A stretch of 64,000 nt of DNA from Escherichia phage 310Ecol104PP. Both the position numbers and the translations under genes were made by a program. The notes beneath the pieces are model-generated. The model searched no databases. It saw nothing but the letters and a program-made list of their open reading frames with translations, and had not been told where the DNA came from. The stretch lies in the sequence record OR062946.1. One strand, given 5' to 3'. Below are positions 18,666 through 27,846 of this stretch, one piece after another. Numbering within the stretch: the stretch's first letter is position 1; the number at the start of each line of letters is the position of its first letter.

Positions 18666-19259
18666 TTATTTCAGAGAATTAATATATTCCTGGACATCGG
18701 CAGAGGTAGTTTCAACCCCGGAAATATTACCGTTAAAGGTTTCAACTCGAGCAAGGGTATCTTCAATATCAACCTTAGTCAGTGCTGCAATTTCAACTAC
18801 ATCATCGGCAGTACTAATTCCAAGGGCATTTGCCGCACGAGTTTCACGGATATATTCCAATTTAACTGCAAGTTCTTGACGAGCATCATCTAACTCAACT
18901 ACTTTCTTGGCGATTTCAATTCGCATTTCAGCATAACCGTCAGCTTTAGTAGTCAATTGCTCAGATGTTCGACGATATAGTAAACCGAGTTTAGCATGCA
19001 TTGTTACATCTTGACCTTCGGAAAGAAGTTTACGAATTTCACGCTCTTTTGATTCGGCCTGTCGATTCTTTTCGATAACAAGTTCACGAATACGTTTTTC
19101 TTCATTAATAGATTTAACAGAAGCAGTTTTTAGATCTTTAATTTTATCAAGTAGTTTTGCTGCTGCAACAGTATACTGTTCTTCAACAGATAGATTTTTA
19201 GCCATAGCAGAACCAAGTTTAGTGCGAATAAACTCAACAATTTTCTTCAGTGTGTTCAT
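18666..19259 (-). CDS. alpha-helical coiled-coil protein (197 aa), PspA-like in composition only
   Basis: Charged heptad-like sequence throughout; homology not established. Confidence 0.45.
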   Translation of the reverse strand: MNTLKKIVEFIRTKLGSAMAKNLSVEEQYTVAAAKLLDKIKDLKTASVKSINEEKRIRELVIEKNRQAESKEREIRKLLSEGQDVTMHAKLGLLYRRTSEQLTTKADGYAEMRIEIAKKVVELDDARQELAVKLEYIRETRAANALGISTADDVVEIAALTKVDIEDTLARVETFNGNISGVETTSADVQEYINSLK

Positions 19260-19302
19260 AGTATTTCCTTAGGTTGATTAAGATTTAAAATCTGTGGAAG
19301 AA

Positions 19303-19833
19303 TTATATCCCATTATTTGAGAGATGTAAACTATTTTTAATTTTACAAATTCGTTCAGCTTCATCGATAGCAGCATTAATAATGCTTTTAGCTATAGGAG
19401 TACTAATACTAGTAGCTTTTACACTTAACACGATTTCTTTATTTTTACCAGGCCAACCCCACGATTTTTCACCGTGAGTGCCTTTAATTACAGCAGACAC
19501 CTCAAGTGAGCATCCATTATCACATGTTTTTACATTAACAACCCAAGGGTCACTTTTCTCAATCGGTTTCTCAATCGGTTTATCCCAGTAAATATTAAGA
19601 ATACGTGGAACATCAAATTTGGCAGGACAAATCTTAACCGTAAGACCTTCGCTTTCTAGCCAATTAATAAGAGGGCGTTCATACAGGCGACGATGTGGGC
19701 TTGGGATTCGACAAGCCTTATGTCCGTTGCTTGCGGCTTCACTAAGCTGTTCTAATACCTGCTTTTGCATTATTGATAAAATACCATCAAAAGATCTTTC
19801 GGAAGTTTCATTCAGTTCAGTATAAAGAGACAT
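19303..19833 (-). CDS. hypothetical protein (176 aa)
   Basis: ORF in early array. Confidence 0.5.
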   Translation of the reverse strand: MSLYTELNETSERSFDGILSIMQKQVLEQLSEAASNGHKACRIPSPHRRLYERPLINWLESEGLTVKICPAKFDVPRILNIYWDKPIEKPIEKSDPWVVNVKTCDNGCSLEVSAVIKGTHGEKSWGWPGKNKEIVLSVKATSISTPIAKSIINAAIDEAERICKIKNSLHLSNNGI

Positions 19834-19895
19834 AACAGTTTCCTCATGTCGGTATAATTAGATAATATCACGTTTCTAATAGATAGATTGTATAC

Positions 19896-20234
19896 TTATT
19901 CTTCATCTGAATTCAGCGTAATAAAGTCATCGATGGCCTCTATAATAGCATCGTTAATAGCCAGTAAAATAAAATCGTCGTCAGTACCTTTATAAGATTC
20001 TGAAGCATTGATATATGCTTGATTGACGAGTTCCCAAGCCTTTTTAAAATAAGGAGCTTCATCATCAGGACAAATATCCCGCACACCTTCAAAGATACGA
20101 TTGGCATAATCTAACACCCATTGTACAGGCATGTTTTGAGAACGTTCGTTAAACTCTTTAAATTCCTTAGATTCAAAAAGCTCTTCAGGATAATAATTTC
20201 GATTACAAAAAGCTTTACTAAAGTTACGTTTCAT
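19896..20234 (-). CDS. hypothetical acidic protein (112 aa)
   Basis: ORF in early array. Confidence 0.45.
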   Translation of the reverse strand: MKRNFSKAFCNRNYYPEELFESKEFKEFNERSQNMPVQWVLDYANRIFEGVRDICPDDEAPYFKKAWELVNQAYINASESYKGTDDDFILLAINDAIIEAIDDFITLNSDEE

Positions 20235-20289
20235 AATGTTCTCCTCAAGTTACAGGCTCATAATATCTCAATCATGAGCCTGTGTAAAC

Positions 20290-20553
20290 TTATTTCATAT
20301 TATTGAAATATTCTTCTGCGATTTCGTCGTTATCATGGTAAACTTTAGAAGACAGTTTAACATAACCTTCTGCTGTGAACATGTTAATCACAACCTTTAC
20401 AGTATACCACTGACCGTCTTCATTACCCATTACTGCGTAAGTTTCAAACATCGGATGATCAGGACCGATAACTTTAATATCATTCACTGTACGACCGAAA
20501 TCTTCTGAAACACATTTCATAAAGAAGTTGAACAGTTCGCCGTAATTATCCAT
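20290..20553 (-). CDS. hypothetical protein (about 87 aa)
   Basis: ATG at 20551-20553 (MDNYGELF) preceded by GGAGAACGAA. Confidence 0.45.
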   Translation of the reverse strand: MDNYGELFNFFMKCVSEDFGRTVNDIKVIGPDHPMFETYAVMGNEDGQWYTVKVVINMFTAEGYVKLSSKVYHDNDEIAEEYFNNMK

Positions 20554-20593
20554 TTCGTTCTCCAAGTTGTTTTCTGTATCAGTAGTTGATAGT

Positions 20594-20627
20594 TGTATAG
20601 TACCACGGAAAGACAAGGATGTAAACT
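20594..20627 (-). promoter_or_regulatory. T4-type early promoter (minus strand)
   Basis: gtaaac at 20621-20626 and tatagtacc at 20596-20604. Confidence 0.5.
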
Positions 20628-20754
20628 GTTTTGTGAAAATTTTTTAAAAAGTTTTGGGGAATTCTAGGGCAGGGAGGGGAAATCAAAGGATAGGATAATA
20701 TATTATAAAGGGTAGAAACTAAATGATGTCTAGAGAGGCCTGGAAAGGCCTAGA

Positions 20755-20786
20755 TGCCAAAAAGCCCCAACCTTTTGGTTAGGGCT
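20755..20786 (-). terminator. rho-independent terminator (minus strand), copy 2 of a duplicated hairpin
   Basis: ccaaaaagccccaaccttttggttagggct; near-identical to the hairpin at 21314-21344. Confidence 0.5.
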
Positions 20787-20793
20787 AAGAATG

Positions 20794-21267
20794 TTATTTG
20801 ATTTGTTTAGCAGACCAAATGCGGTCTTTAATAATCTTTTGGATGTCTTCAACATACTCTAGGTCATGAGCATGTGGATTATCTTTGAAACTATAGGCAC
20901 GGGCTAACTTTTGGCCTTCGGTTTTGATTACTAAAAGCTCTTTAAGGATAGCTTCATATTTAGCGATAATTCCTTTAACAATATTTTTTTCTTGTGCAGC
21001 TTTATGATCTGCTTTAGGAGCAGGTTTACCCGAAGCCTTTGCAAAAGCAGCGCCAGTAGCAACTAAACTTTTCCAGGCCATACTAACTGCATTTCCCGTA
21101 AATCCTTCTGCTTTCATGTCGCGAGCAAACTGGAATCGTGATTCGTCAGAAGCATCTTTATAGGAATATTTACCCGCTGCAATGGCTGCTTTTGCGACAG
21201 CTTGAATTTCGGTGCTAGATGCTTCATTTAACACCGCTTCATTTAAAAATTGAGCATATGATTTCAT
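20794..21267 (-). CDS. internal-protein-like gene with CTS-like N-terminus (157 aa)
   Basis: N-terminus MKSYAQFLNEA resembles the CTS; Ala/Lys-rich; ATG at 21265-21267. Confidence 0.55.
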   Translation of the reverse strand: MKSYAQFLNEAVLNEASSTEIQAVAKAAIAAGKYSYKDASDESRFQFARDMKAEGFTGNAVSMAWKSLVATGAAFAKASGKPAPKADHKAAQEKNIVKGIIAKYEAILKELLVIKTEGQKLARAYSFKDNPHAHDLEYVEDIQKIIKDRIWSAKQIK

Positions 21268-21306
21268 CTTATTTCCTGTTTTAATTCGTGATTTAATATA
21301 CTACTA

Positions 21307-21314
21307 TATTTATA
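21307..21314 (-). promoter_or_regulatory. T4 late promoter (TATAAATA on minus strand) for the CTS-like gene
   Basis: Plus-strand tatttata about 40 nt upstream of the ATG. Confidence 0.5.
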
Positions 21315-21317
21315 CCA

Positions 21318-21344
21318 AAAAGCCCCAACCTTTCGGTCGGGGCT
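21318..21344 (-). terminator. rho-independent terminator (minus strand), copy 1 of a duplicated hairpin
   Basis: ccaaaaagccccaacctttcggtcggggct; minus-strand hairpin followed by TTTTT. Confidence 0.5.
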
Positions 21345-21394
21345 AAGCCTTGCGGCAACCTTGTCGGGGTTCCACCTGCTAAGGCAAGTGTTTG

Positions 21395-21556
21395 TACGAA
21401 ACGCCGGGATTCGAACCCGGTTATTAAGTAGTTGACGCTACTTAATATTTTTAAAAGGCCATATCTCGACCATATCCGAACGTTCCGTCAAAAACGCTAC
21501 TCGGCTTACGGCAAAGATATTTCCTCGAATCGATAATTCGGTGCGCCGTTTCTGCT
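21395..21556 (-). ncRNA. candidate tRNA-like stable RNA (possibly analogous to T4 rnaC/rnaD)
   Basis: Canonical T-arm CCGGGTTCGAATCCCGG and acceptor-like pairing, but no standard cloverleaf or anticodon arm; lies just 3' of tRNA-Arg. Confidence 0.3.
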
Positions 21557-21655
21557 GTGATGTAAGAGGGCATCAACAAATCATAAAGATTTATTAACAC
21601 GATTCCTTACCCAGGGAACATCAGTCCGACGACTTACCGGTAGCGACCCGGTTTC

Positions 21656-22006
21656 TTAATATTCTTTTAAAGCATCAATCTGTTCACGGCGTAAACGCCA
21701 TAAATCAATTGCTTCATACGCAGATTCAGCATTTCGAATTAGCCGACATTTATATAAAGACTTATGATTTTGATATTGTGTAGATAACGGAATTTTATCT
21801 AAAAGGTCTTTACGTTCAAAATATTCGTAACCATCTAAACCAAATGAACGATTTTTAAGAAATTGCCAATGTCCAAATTCGTTTTCAACATAAACATAAT
21901 CTGCATGCTGATAAAGTAAATTAATTACACGTTCAGAAATAACAGTATCATTATGATTAAAATAGAATGTTAAATCATGAACTACTAAATAAACATTACC
22001 TTTCAT
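21656..22006 (-). CDS. hypothetical protein (about 116 aa) inside the tRNA region
   Basis: ATG at 22004-22006 (MKGNVYLVV) preceded by GAGGAAAA; the longer track ORF overlaps tRNA-Arg. Confidence 0.45.
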   Translation of the reverse strand: MKGNVYLVVHDLTFYFNHNDTVISERVINLLYQHADYVYVENEFGHWQFLKNRSFGLDGYEYFERKDLLDKIPLSTQYQNHKSLYKCRLIRNAESAYEAIDLWRLRREQIDALKEY

Positions 22007-22024
22007 ATTTTCCTCACTTATAAT

Positions 22025-22100
<76 letters not shown>

Positions 22101-22104
22101 GTAT

Positions 22105-22179
22105 TTGGCGGACGTGATAGGATTCGAACCTATAACCAATCGCTTAACAGGCGATCGCTCTGCCATTGAGCTACACATC
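22105..22179 (-). tRNA. tRNA-Asn (anticodon GTT)
   Basis: Cloverleaf GGATGTG-TA-GCTCAATGGCAGAGC; anticodon loop CTGTTAA; T-loop TTCGAAT; CCA encoded. Confidence 0.8.
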
Positions 22180-22183
22180 CAAA

Positions 22184-22270
22184 TTGGTGGGGAGTGATGG
22201 AGTCGAACCACCCGAGTCGCAATGACAATGGATTTACAGTCCACACCGCTACCTCTACGGGATAACTCCC
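22184..22270 (-). tRNA. tRNA-Tyr (anticodon GTA), long variable arm
   Basis: Acceptor GGGGAGT/ACTCCCC; anticodon loop CTGTAAA; T-arm GGTGG-TTCGACT-CCATC; D-stem imperfect; CCA encoded. Confidence 0.7.
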
Positions 22271-22279
22271 CAAATTAAT

Positions 22280-22354
22280 TTGGTGGCCCTGGGTGGAATT
22301 GAACCACCATCTGGCGATTATGAGTCGCTTGCTTGAACCTTCCAGCTACAGGGC
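22280..22354 (-). tRNA. tRNA with CAT anticodon (Ile2-type or elongator Met)
   Basis: Acceptor GGCCCTG/CAGGGCC; anticodon loop CTCATAA; at the position of T4 tRNA-Ile. Confidence 0.7.
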
Positions 22355-22355
22355 C

Positions 22356-22431
22356 TTGGTGCTGATTGACGGAATCGAACCGCCGACCTTCTCATTACAA
22401 GTGAGTTGCTCTACCTACTGAGCTAAATCAG
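22356..22431 (-). tRNA. tRNA-Thr (anticodon TGT)
   Basis: Acceptor GCTGATT/AATCAGC; D-arm AGCTCAGTAGGTAGAGC; anticodon loop CTTGTAA; CCA encoded. Confidence 0.8.
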
Positions 22432-22436
22432 CAAAA

Positions 22437-22526
22437 CTGGCGGAGGCGATAGGATTTGAACCTATGAGTCGCCGGAGCGACTGCCGGTTTTCAAGACCGG
22501 TGCATTAAACCACTCTGCCACGCCTC
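22437..22526 (-). tRNA. tRNA-Ser (anticodon TGA), long variable arm
   Basis: Acceptor GGAGGCG/CGCCTCC; anticodon stem CCGGT/ACCGG with loop CTTGAAA; CCA encoded. Confidence 0.8.
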
Positions 22527-22528
22527 CA

Positions 22529-22602
22529 GTCTCCATACAAGGATTTGAACCTTGGACCTCCTGATCCCAAATCAGGCGCTCTACCAAACTGAGCTACACG
22601 GA
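22529..22602 (-). tRNA. tRNA-Pro (anticodon TGG)
   Basis: Acceptor CTCCGTG/TATGGAG; anticodon loop TTTGGGA; T-loop TTCAAAT; CCA not encoded. Confidence 0.75.
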
Positions 22603-22612
22603 GTAAATTAAA

Positions 22613-22687
<75 letters not shown>

Positions 22688-22691
22688 AAAT

Positions 22692-22778
22692 TTGGTGCGA
22701 GAAGTGGGACTCGAACCCACAAGGAAATCATTCCGCAGCATTTTAAGTGCTGTGCCTTTACCAATTTGACCATTCTCG
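22692..22778 (-). tRNA. tRNA-Leu (anticodon TAA), long variable arm
   Basis: Acceptor GCGAGAA; anticodon stem CAGCA/TGCTG with loop CTTAAAA; T-loop TTCGAGT; CCA encoded. Confidence 0.8.
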
Positions 22779-22779
22779 C

Positions 22780-22852
22780 GCTGGGAATAAAGGACTCGAA
22801 CCTTTGCATCCTGGAATCAAAATCCAGTGCCTTACCAACTTGGCTAATTCCC
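22780..22852 (-). tRNA. tRNA-Gln (anticodon TTG)
   Basis: Acceptor TGGGAAT/ATTCCCA; anticodon stem CTGGA/TCCAG with loop TTTTGAT; CCA not encoded. Confidence 0.75.
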
Positions 22853-22950
22853 AATTATTAACAAAGGCTCTCTAACAAGAACCCTTGATGATAGAGGGTA
22901 TTAATCAGTGCGGTATGAGTTAATAATAACAAATAATTCTTAAAGCATAT

Positions 22951-23244
22951 TTACCATTTATGATGATACATACTTACGATGCATTCAAGACCCAAAGGAT
23001 TCTTGAAAATATCATATTCAAGAGGACCTTTTTCTGTTTCAATAAAGAAATCAAAATTTACTGTATTAAATTTACGGTCTTCCTTTACTAATTTAACTTG
23101 AGAAGATGAACGATCAATGTAAACCTTTTCAACTTCAAAACACGTTAAAATGCCATAATCATCGATCAAGGCTTTAGCTGCATCTTGATCATATTTATAT
23201 CCATTTTCAATGGATGATACTTTAGCATAAAGAATCATTATCAA
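22951..23244 (-). CDS. hypothetical protein (97 aa)
   Basis: ORF directly upstream of the tRNA cluster. Confidence 0.45.
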   Translation of the reverse strand: MIMILYAKVSSIENGYKYDQDAAKALIDDYGILTCFEVEKVYIDRSSSQVKLVKEDRKFNTVNFDFFIETEKGPLEYDIFKNPLGLECIVSMYHHKW

Positions 23245-23651
23245 CCTCTATCAACAATAGCATGAGTATGGGCATTTACGATTTGCCACCAGTCGAAACG
23301 ATTGGAACCATAATCTGGTTTATTTTCATTTTCTTTAATGATATCACGCAGCTTATCTTCTGTTTCAGCATACGCAATTAAATCATCATACCCACCACAA
23401 GGATAATAATTATCACCTGCGAATAAAAGAAAATTTACCTTAGATGGATTTACGTAATAATGGTCTTTAGGATATTTAGTTCCTCTCCAATCAGTTACTT
23501 CAACATAACGGTAAGAAAATCCATTTTTACTTTCAATCCAACTCCACGCTTCAAAAGGAGTATTAAAAACTTTATCAGGTATTAAATTACCTTCAAAATG
23601 AGAAGGATTTGCATAATCCCCGGCATAAACATAATATTCGTTAATACTCAT
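23241..23651 (-). CDS. hypothetical protein (136 aa), Tyr/Trp-rich
   Basis: ORF with overlapping stop/start to neighbours. Confidence 0.5.
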   Translation of the reverse strand: MSINEYYVYAGDYANPSHFEGNLIPDKVFNTPFEAWSWIESKNGFSYRYVEVTDWRGTKYPKDHYYVNPSKVNFLLFAGDNYYPCGGYDDLIAYAETEDKLRDIIKENENKPDYGSNRFDWWQIVNAHTHAIVDRG

Positions 23652-23837
23652 TTATTCACCTTTAGAAATTTTATCCATAACGATAGCGATTAAACCAATT
23701 AAAAATGCTACTACAAGTGAAAACACATTTTCTGCTGTAGTTAATAATCCGCATATAAATCCAGCAAACATTGAAAAACTAAAAGCGGAAGCAGAAATTG
23801 CAATAGCAACATTTCGAATTAATTCACAGCGTTTCAT
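23652..23837 (-). CDS. small two-TM membrane protein (about 61 aa)
   Basis: ATG at 23835-23837 (MKRCELIR); hydrophobic segments; the longer track ORF translates the promoter leader. Confidence 0.45.
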   Translation of the reverse strand: MKRCELIRNVAIAISASAFSFSMFAGFICGLLTTAENVFSLVVAFLIGLIAIVMDKISKGE

Positions 23838-23858
23838 TTTATTCTCCTCAGTAGTTGA

Positions 23859-23893
23859 TAGTGTAATAGTATCACAACTAAAACCGCATGTAA
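23859..23893 (-). promoter_or_regulatory. T4-type early promoter (minus strand)
   Basis: gtaaac at 23887-23892 and taatagtatc near 23861; near-identical to the module at 24868-24902. Confidence 0.5.
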
Positions 23894-23898
23894 ACAAT

Positions 23899-24123
23899 TT
23901 ATTCAACACCAGCGGCTTTCAAAAGTTTCTTAAGATTGGCAACACCTTGAGCAGAAAATGTGACCTTTCCACCTTTTTCACTGATAGAACCAACCAATTT
24001 AGCAAGTTTATCATTAGGAATTTTTTTAAAATCAGCCAATGTTCCATCAAAGGTTTTTGAAACAAAAGGCAGTTCATCTTCATGTCTTTTAGCTTCTACA
24101 ATAAATTTTTGATATGTTTTCAT
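23899..24123 (-). CDS. internal protein candidate with CTS (about 74 aa)
   Basis: ATG at 24121-24123 gives MKTYQKFIVEAK; Lys-rich small protein. Confidence 0.6.
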   Translation of the reverse strand: MKTYQKFIVEAKRHEDELPFVSKTFDGTLADFKKIPNDKLAKLVGSISEKGGKVTFSAQGVANLKKLLKAAGVE

Positions 24124-24156
24124 TTTAGTTTCCATTTAGATGTTTTGTTTTGATAG

Positions 24157-24191
24157 GGTAATAATATCACTACCCCATCTAAAAGTAAACA
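24157..24191 (-). promoter_or_regulatory. T4-type early promoter (minus strand)
   Basis: gtaaac at 24185-24190 and taataatatc near 24159. Confidence 0.5.
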
Positions 24192-24200
24192 GTTTATAAA

Positions 24201-24509
24201 CTATTTTATTCCGCGTGATGCAATTGTGTTCTGCCGTTTAACGCCAGTTTGTTTAAAGTCATGATTGTCGATTTGATCGGTACGAGCAACTCCGAATGAT
24301 GATTTGATTTTAGCCTTAGATCCTTTAGTTATAGAAATAAACATCTCGGAAGCCCCTTTCTTAAAGTCCGAGGCGATTACTTCAACGCCGTTCTTAGCAA
24401 GTGACTTCAGAATTGCCTCTGCATACTCATCGTCAAGACTCGTCTGAGTATTAATAACGAATGTCTTTGGCGCAGCCGCTTCATTGATAAATTCTTTAAA
24501 TGTTTTCAT
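24201..24509 (-). CDS. internal protein candidate with CTS (102 aa)
   Basis: N-terminus MKTFKEFINEA. Confidence 0.6.
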   Translation of the reverse strand: MKTFKEFINEAAAPKTFVINTQTSLDDEYAEAILKSLAKNGVEVIASDFKKGASEMFISITKGSKAKIKSSFGVARTDQIDNHDFKQTGVKRQNTIASRGIK

Positions 24510-24535
24510 TTTATTTTCCTAATTAATTTTGATGA

Positions 24536-24570
24536 GATAATAGTACCACAACCCTATTTAAAAGTAAACT
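24536..24570 (-). promoter_or_regulatory. T4-type early promoter (minus strand)
   Basis: gtaaac at 24564-24569 and taatagtacc near 24538. Confidence 0.5.
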
Positions 24571-24842
24571 CATTTTAAATAAATTGCGTATTTTTTATAA
24601 CCCGCTGACTCATGACGAAGACCCTTATCATTAGCAAAACGCTCAATGTTGTTAATTTGATTCTGGTCAAGTTCAGAGATGTCAAACACGAAAAAGTTAC
24701 GTTTGTTACCAACTGTTACATAGTCAGTTAAATCAATATCATATAGGTAATTGATGTCAGCAATCAAAGTCTTGACAGCTTTGCTAATTTTTACTTTTTC
24801 GTTAAAAGCAGCTTCAGCAATAAATTCTTGATACGTTTTCAT
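24570..24842 (-). CDS. internal protein candidate with CTS (90 aa)
   Basis: N-terminus MKTYQEFIAEA (canonical CTS); coordinates from ORF track. Confidence 0.6.
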   Translation of the reverse strand: MKTYQEFIAEAAFNEKVKISKAVKTLIADINYLYDIDLTDYVTVGNKRNFFVFDISELDQNQINNIERFANDKGLRHESAGYKKYAIYLK

Positions 24843-24867
24843 TTTATTCTCCTCAGTAGTTGATAGT

Positions 24868-24902
24868 GTAATAGTATCACTACCTCATCAGCATGTAAAC
24901 AA
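24868..24902 (-). promoter_or_regulatory. T4-type early promoter (minus strand)
   Basis: gtaaac at about 24896-24901 and taatagtatc near 24870. Confidence 0.5.
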
Positions 24903-24912
24903 CTTTGTGAAA

Positions 24913-25609
<697 letters not shown>

Positions 25610-25610
<1 letters not shown>

Positions 25611-26335
25611 TATAGTACCTTTAGTGTATTTTTAATTTTAGAAAAAAGTTCTTCAAGAGAACCATCGTTTGTAATTACTAAATCGCCATCACGAATTGGC
25701 AATCCAGCTTCTGTAATATGAGTATCATTGGATTTTTGACCAGGACGAACTACATGAATTACTGTAGCACCCATCGCCCTAGCCGCATCCATTTCATGAT
25801 CTTGACGAGTATCAGGAACGATATAATAATCATAACCTGAGTTAAATTTATCAAGATAATCTAAAGCAAATAATTTTACCCAGTACATGCGATCGAAGTT
25901 ATTAACAATCAAATCCGTACCTAGGGCTTGCATCAGACGACGGACTGACCATTGATCTTCAATATTATTTATAACGTCAATAATCTTGTTAAATGCTACG
26001 GAATTAACTGATTCTTGTCCTTCGTCATCAAAAACAAACACGCCTTTAATTGGGCTTTTACTATTAAGATAGCAAAATGCTTGTTCCATAATCGTGATTA
26101 CTTCTAATTTAGTCAGATTCAAATTAGTCTCACGATCATAGTCAATTCCTTCAAACTCTTTACGAGTTAAGCAAGAATAGTCAGTGTTTGCTGCGAATAC
26201 GCCCCATGCATAAGCCAATGCATCTTTAATAGGACCAGCAAGTTGATATTTAACTGCAGAATAATTATTCATGATAAAATCTGCGGTAGTATCTTTTCCA
26301 CTACGCTTTACACCACTTAAAAAGATTAGTTTCAT
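25610..26335 (-). CDS. 1: deoxynucleoside monophosphate kinase
   Basis: 241 aa with P-loop SGVKRSGKDT; recognised as T4 gp1. Confidence 0.95.
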
Positions 26336-26384
26336 ATGTTTCTCCTCAAATTTAGTTAAGATTATAACACATGAAACTTAAGCA

Positions 26385-26915
26385 TTAAACTTCTGCTATA
26401 ATTTTACCATCTTTTTCTACTTGAAAATACGTATAAGGAATCGTTGCTGTACATACTAAAGCTGGGTCTGAATCTTCAGTGTAGCTAAATTCTACTTCGG
26501 ACAGGTCAGAAACCCAAGGCTTATAAAAATTTATTGACATCACGATTTCAGTTTTACTATTATCTAAAATGTAAAGCGTAATGTATTCAGGACCTGTTTT
26601 TTGGGCAGTATTTTCGCCTGTAAGATAGTTACTAGTTCCTAGCATCCATTCATACATTCCTATCCATGACTTAAGCTCTTCATCAACTATAAATCTCACG
26701 ATGAGTGGGTCGTACTCAAATGTAACTCCTGGACGTTGTGCTCGGCCTAGTCCAAACGGCCCAGTCACGGTATCAGTAACAGGTATCCTAATTCCCGGAA
26801 TAGGAACTGACTGAGCATTTAAAGTAAAAGCAGATGTAGTATTACTATGCGGTATTGATACTACAAAGTTAGTTGTATTTGCTTGGTTAAAAATTTGTTG
26901 TAGCGCTTGCGACAT
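26385..26915 (-). CDS. 3: tail completion and sheath stabilizer protein gp3
   Basis: ATG at 26913-26915 (MSQALQQIFNQ) gives 176 aa, the T4 gp3 length. Confidence 0.85.
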   Translation of the reverse strand: MSQALQQIFNQANTTNFVVSIPHSNTTSAFTLNAQSVPIPGIRIPVTDTVTGPFGLGRAQRPGVTFEYDPLIVRFIVDEELKSWIGMYEWMLGTSNYLTGENTAQKTGPEYITLYILDNSKTEIVMSINFYKPWVSDLSEVEFSYTEDSDPALVCTATIPYTYFQVEKDGKIIAEV

Positions 26916-27021
26916 ATATTCCTCATAATGCTTTATAAGTGTTGGTGGTATAATGGGTCTAAGTCCCTTCCATTCAATTCCAATTAGAACAAACAATAGA
27001 AAAGAATGGAAGATAATAGAA

Positions 27022-27846
27022 TTAGATATTTGACCAGACTTTGTTTGCAGAGAAACGTTTTCCTTTTGAAACGAACTGCTGAAGTGGCATTAACACAACG
27101 TTCGCCCAGTCTTTCGGGGCGATTTCAACAAGGCTACCCATAATATTACCAGGTATATATGCCTTAATCATTTGGTCTGCACCCCTAAATCCTTTCACTT
27201 GACTCCAATCAATTTTTAATTTCGTTTTATTAGTAATAGTAGGTGTATTTGAATATTGCTTTAAAAGCTCTTCTAGAAATTGCTGACGAGCTTTAGGTGG
27301 AATATAGTGCAAGTTCAATCCGTACATTAAATTATGTTTACCTAAACCGAGGTAAATTATCAAAGGAAATTTATCCCAATAAGGAAGAGTTTCTTTGTGT
27401 TTAGCATCATAAGCAAAAGCATATATTCGTCCCGGCTGCGGGCGAACAACTTTATGTCCTTTTACTTGCTTAATAGTTTCAGCAAACCACTTTCTGGTTT
27501 TATTATTAATTGCTGCACCTTCATTACGAATTTTATCACGCAACGTTTGCCTGAATGAATTTATCATAAGCAGTTGTCTTTCTTGCTTATTGAGTTTATT
27601 CATTGGTTTTGATTCAAGCTTTTGAATCTTTTCAGCCGTTTTAATTCCTGAAGCATATTTTGACATTGCCGAAGTAAACGTAGAATATTTAATTCCTCTT
27701 TTTTCAGCAAATTGCTTTCCTGTCATTCCTTTTGCTTTGGCCTTTTTGTATTCAAGACCTATCTGAATCCATTTCTTTTCGTTTAATGATTGCTTAACCT
27801 TTGGAACTTGGGGAGTGCTTTCATTAATTATTTGAAAAATAGCCAT
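27022..27846 (-). CDS. 2: DNA end protector protein gp2
   Basis: 274 aa between genes 3 and 4, T4 order and length. Confidence 0.9.
   Translation of the reverse strand: MAIFQIINESTPQVPKVKQSLNEKKWIQIGLEYKKAKAKGMTGKQFAEKRGIKYSTFTSAMSKYASGIKTAEKIQKLESKPMNKLNKQERQLLMINSFRQTLRDKIRNEGAAINNKTRKWFAETIKQVKGHKVVRPQPGRIYAFAYDAKHKETLPYWDKFPLIIYLGLGKHNLMYGLNLHYIPPKARQQFLEELLKQYSNTPTITNKTKLKIDWSQVKGFRGADQMIKAYIPGNIMGSLVEIAPKDWANVVLMPLQQFVSKGKRFSANKVWSNI

Noticed and set aside
18666-19259. Annotating the coiled-coil protein as PspA/IM30
   Set aside because: Similarity is compositional (charged heptads, one shared DTLAR segment) and no consistent alignment could be made by eye; reported only as a generic coiled-coil protein.
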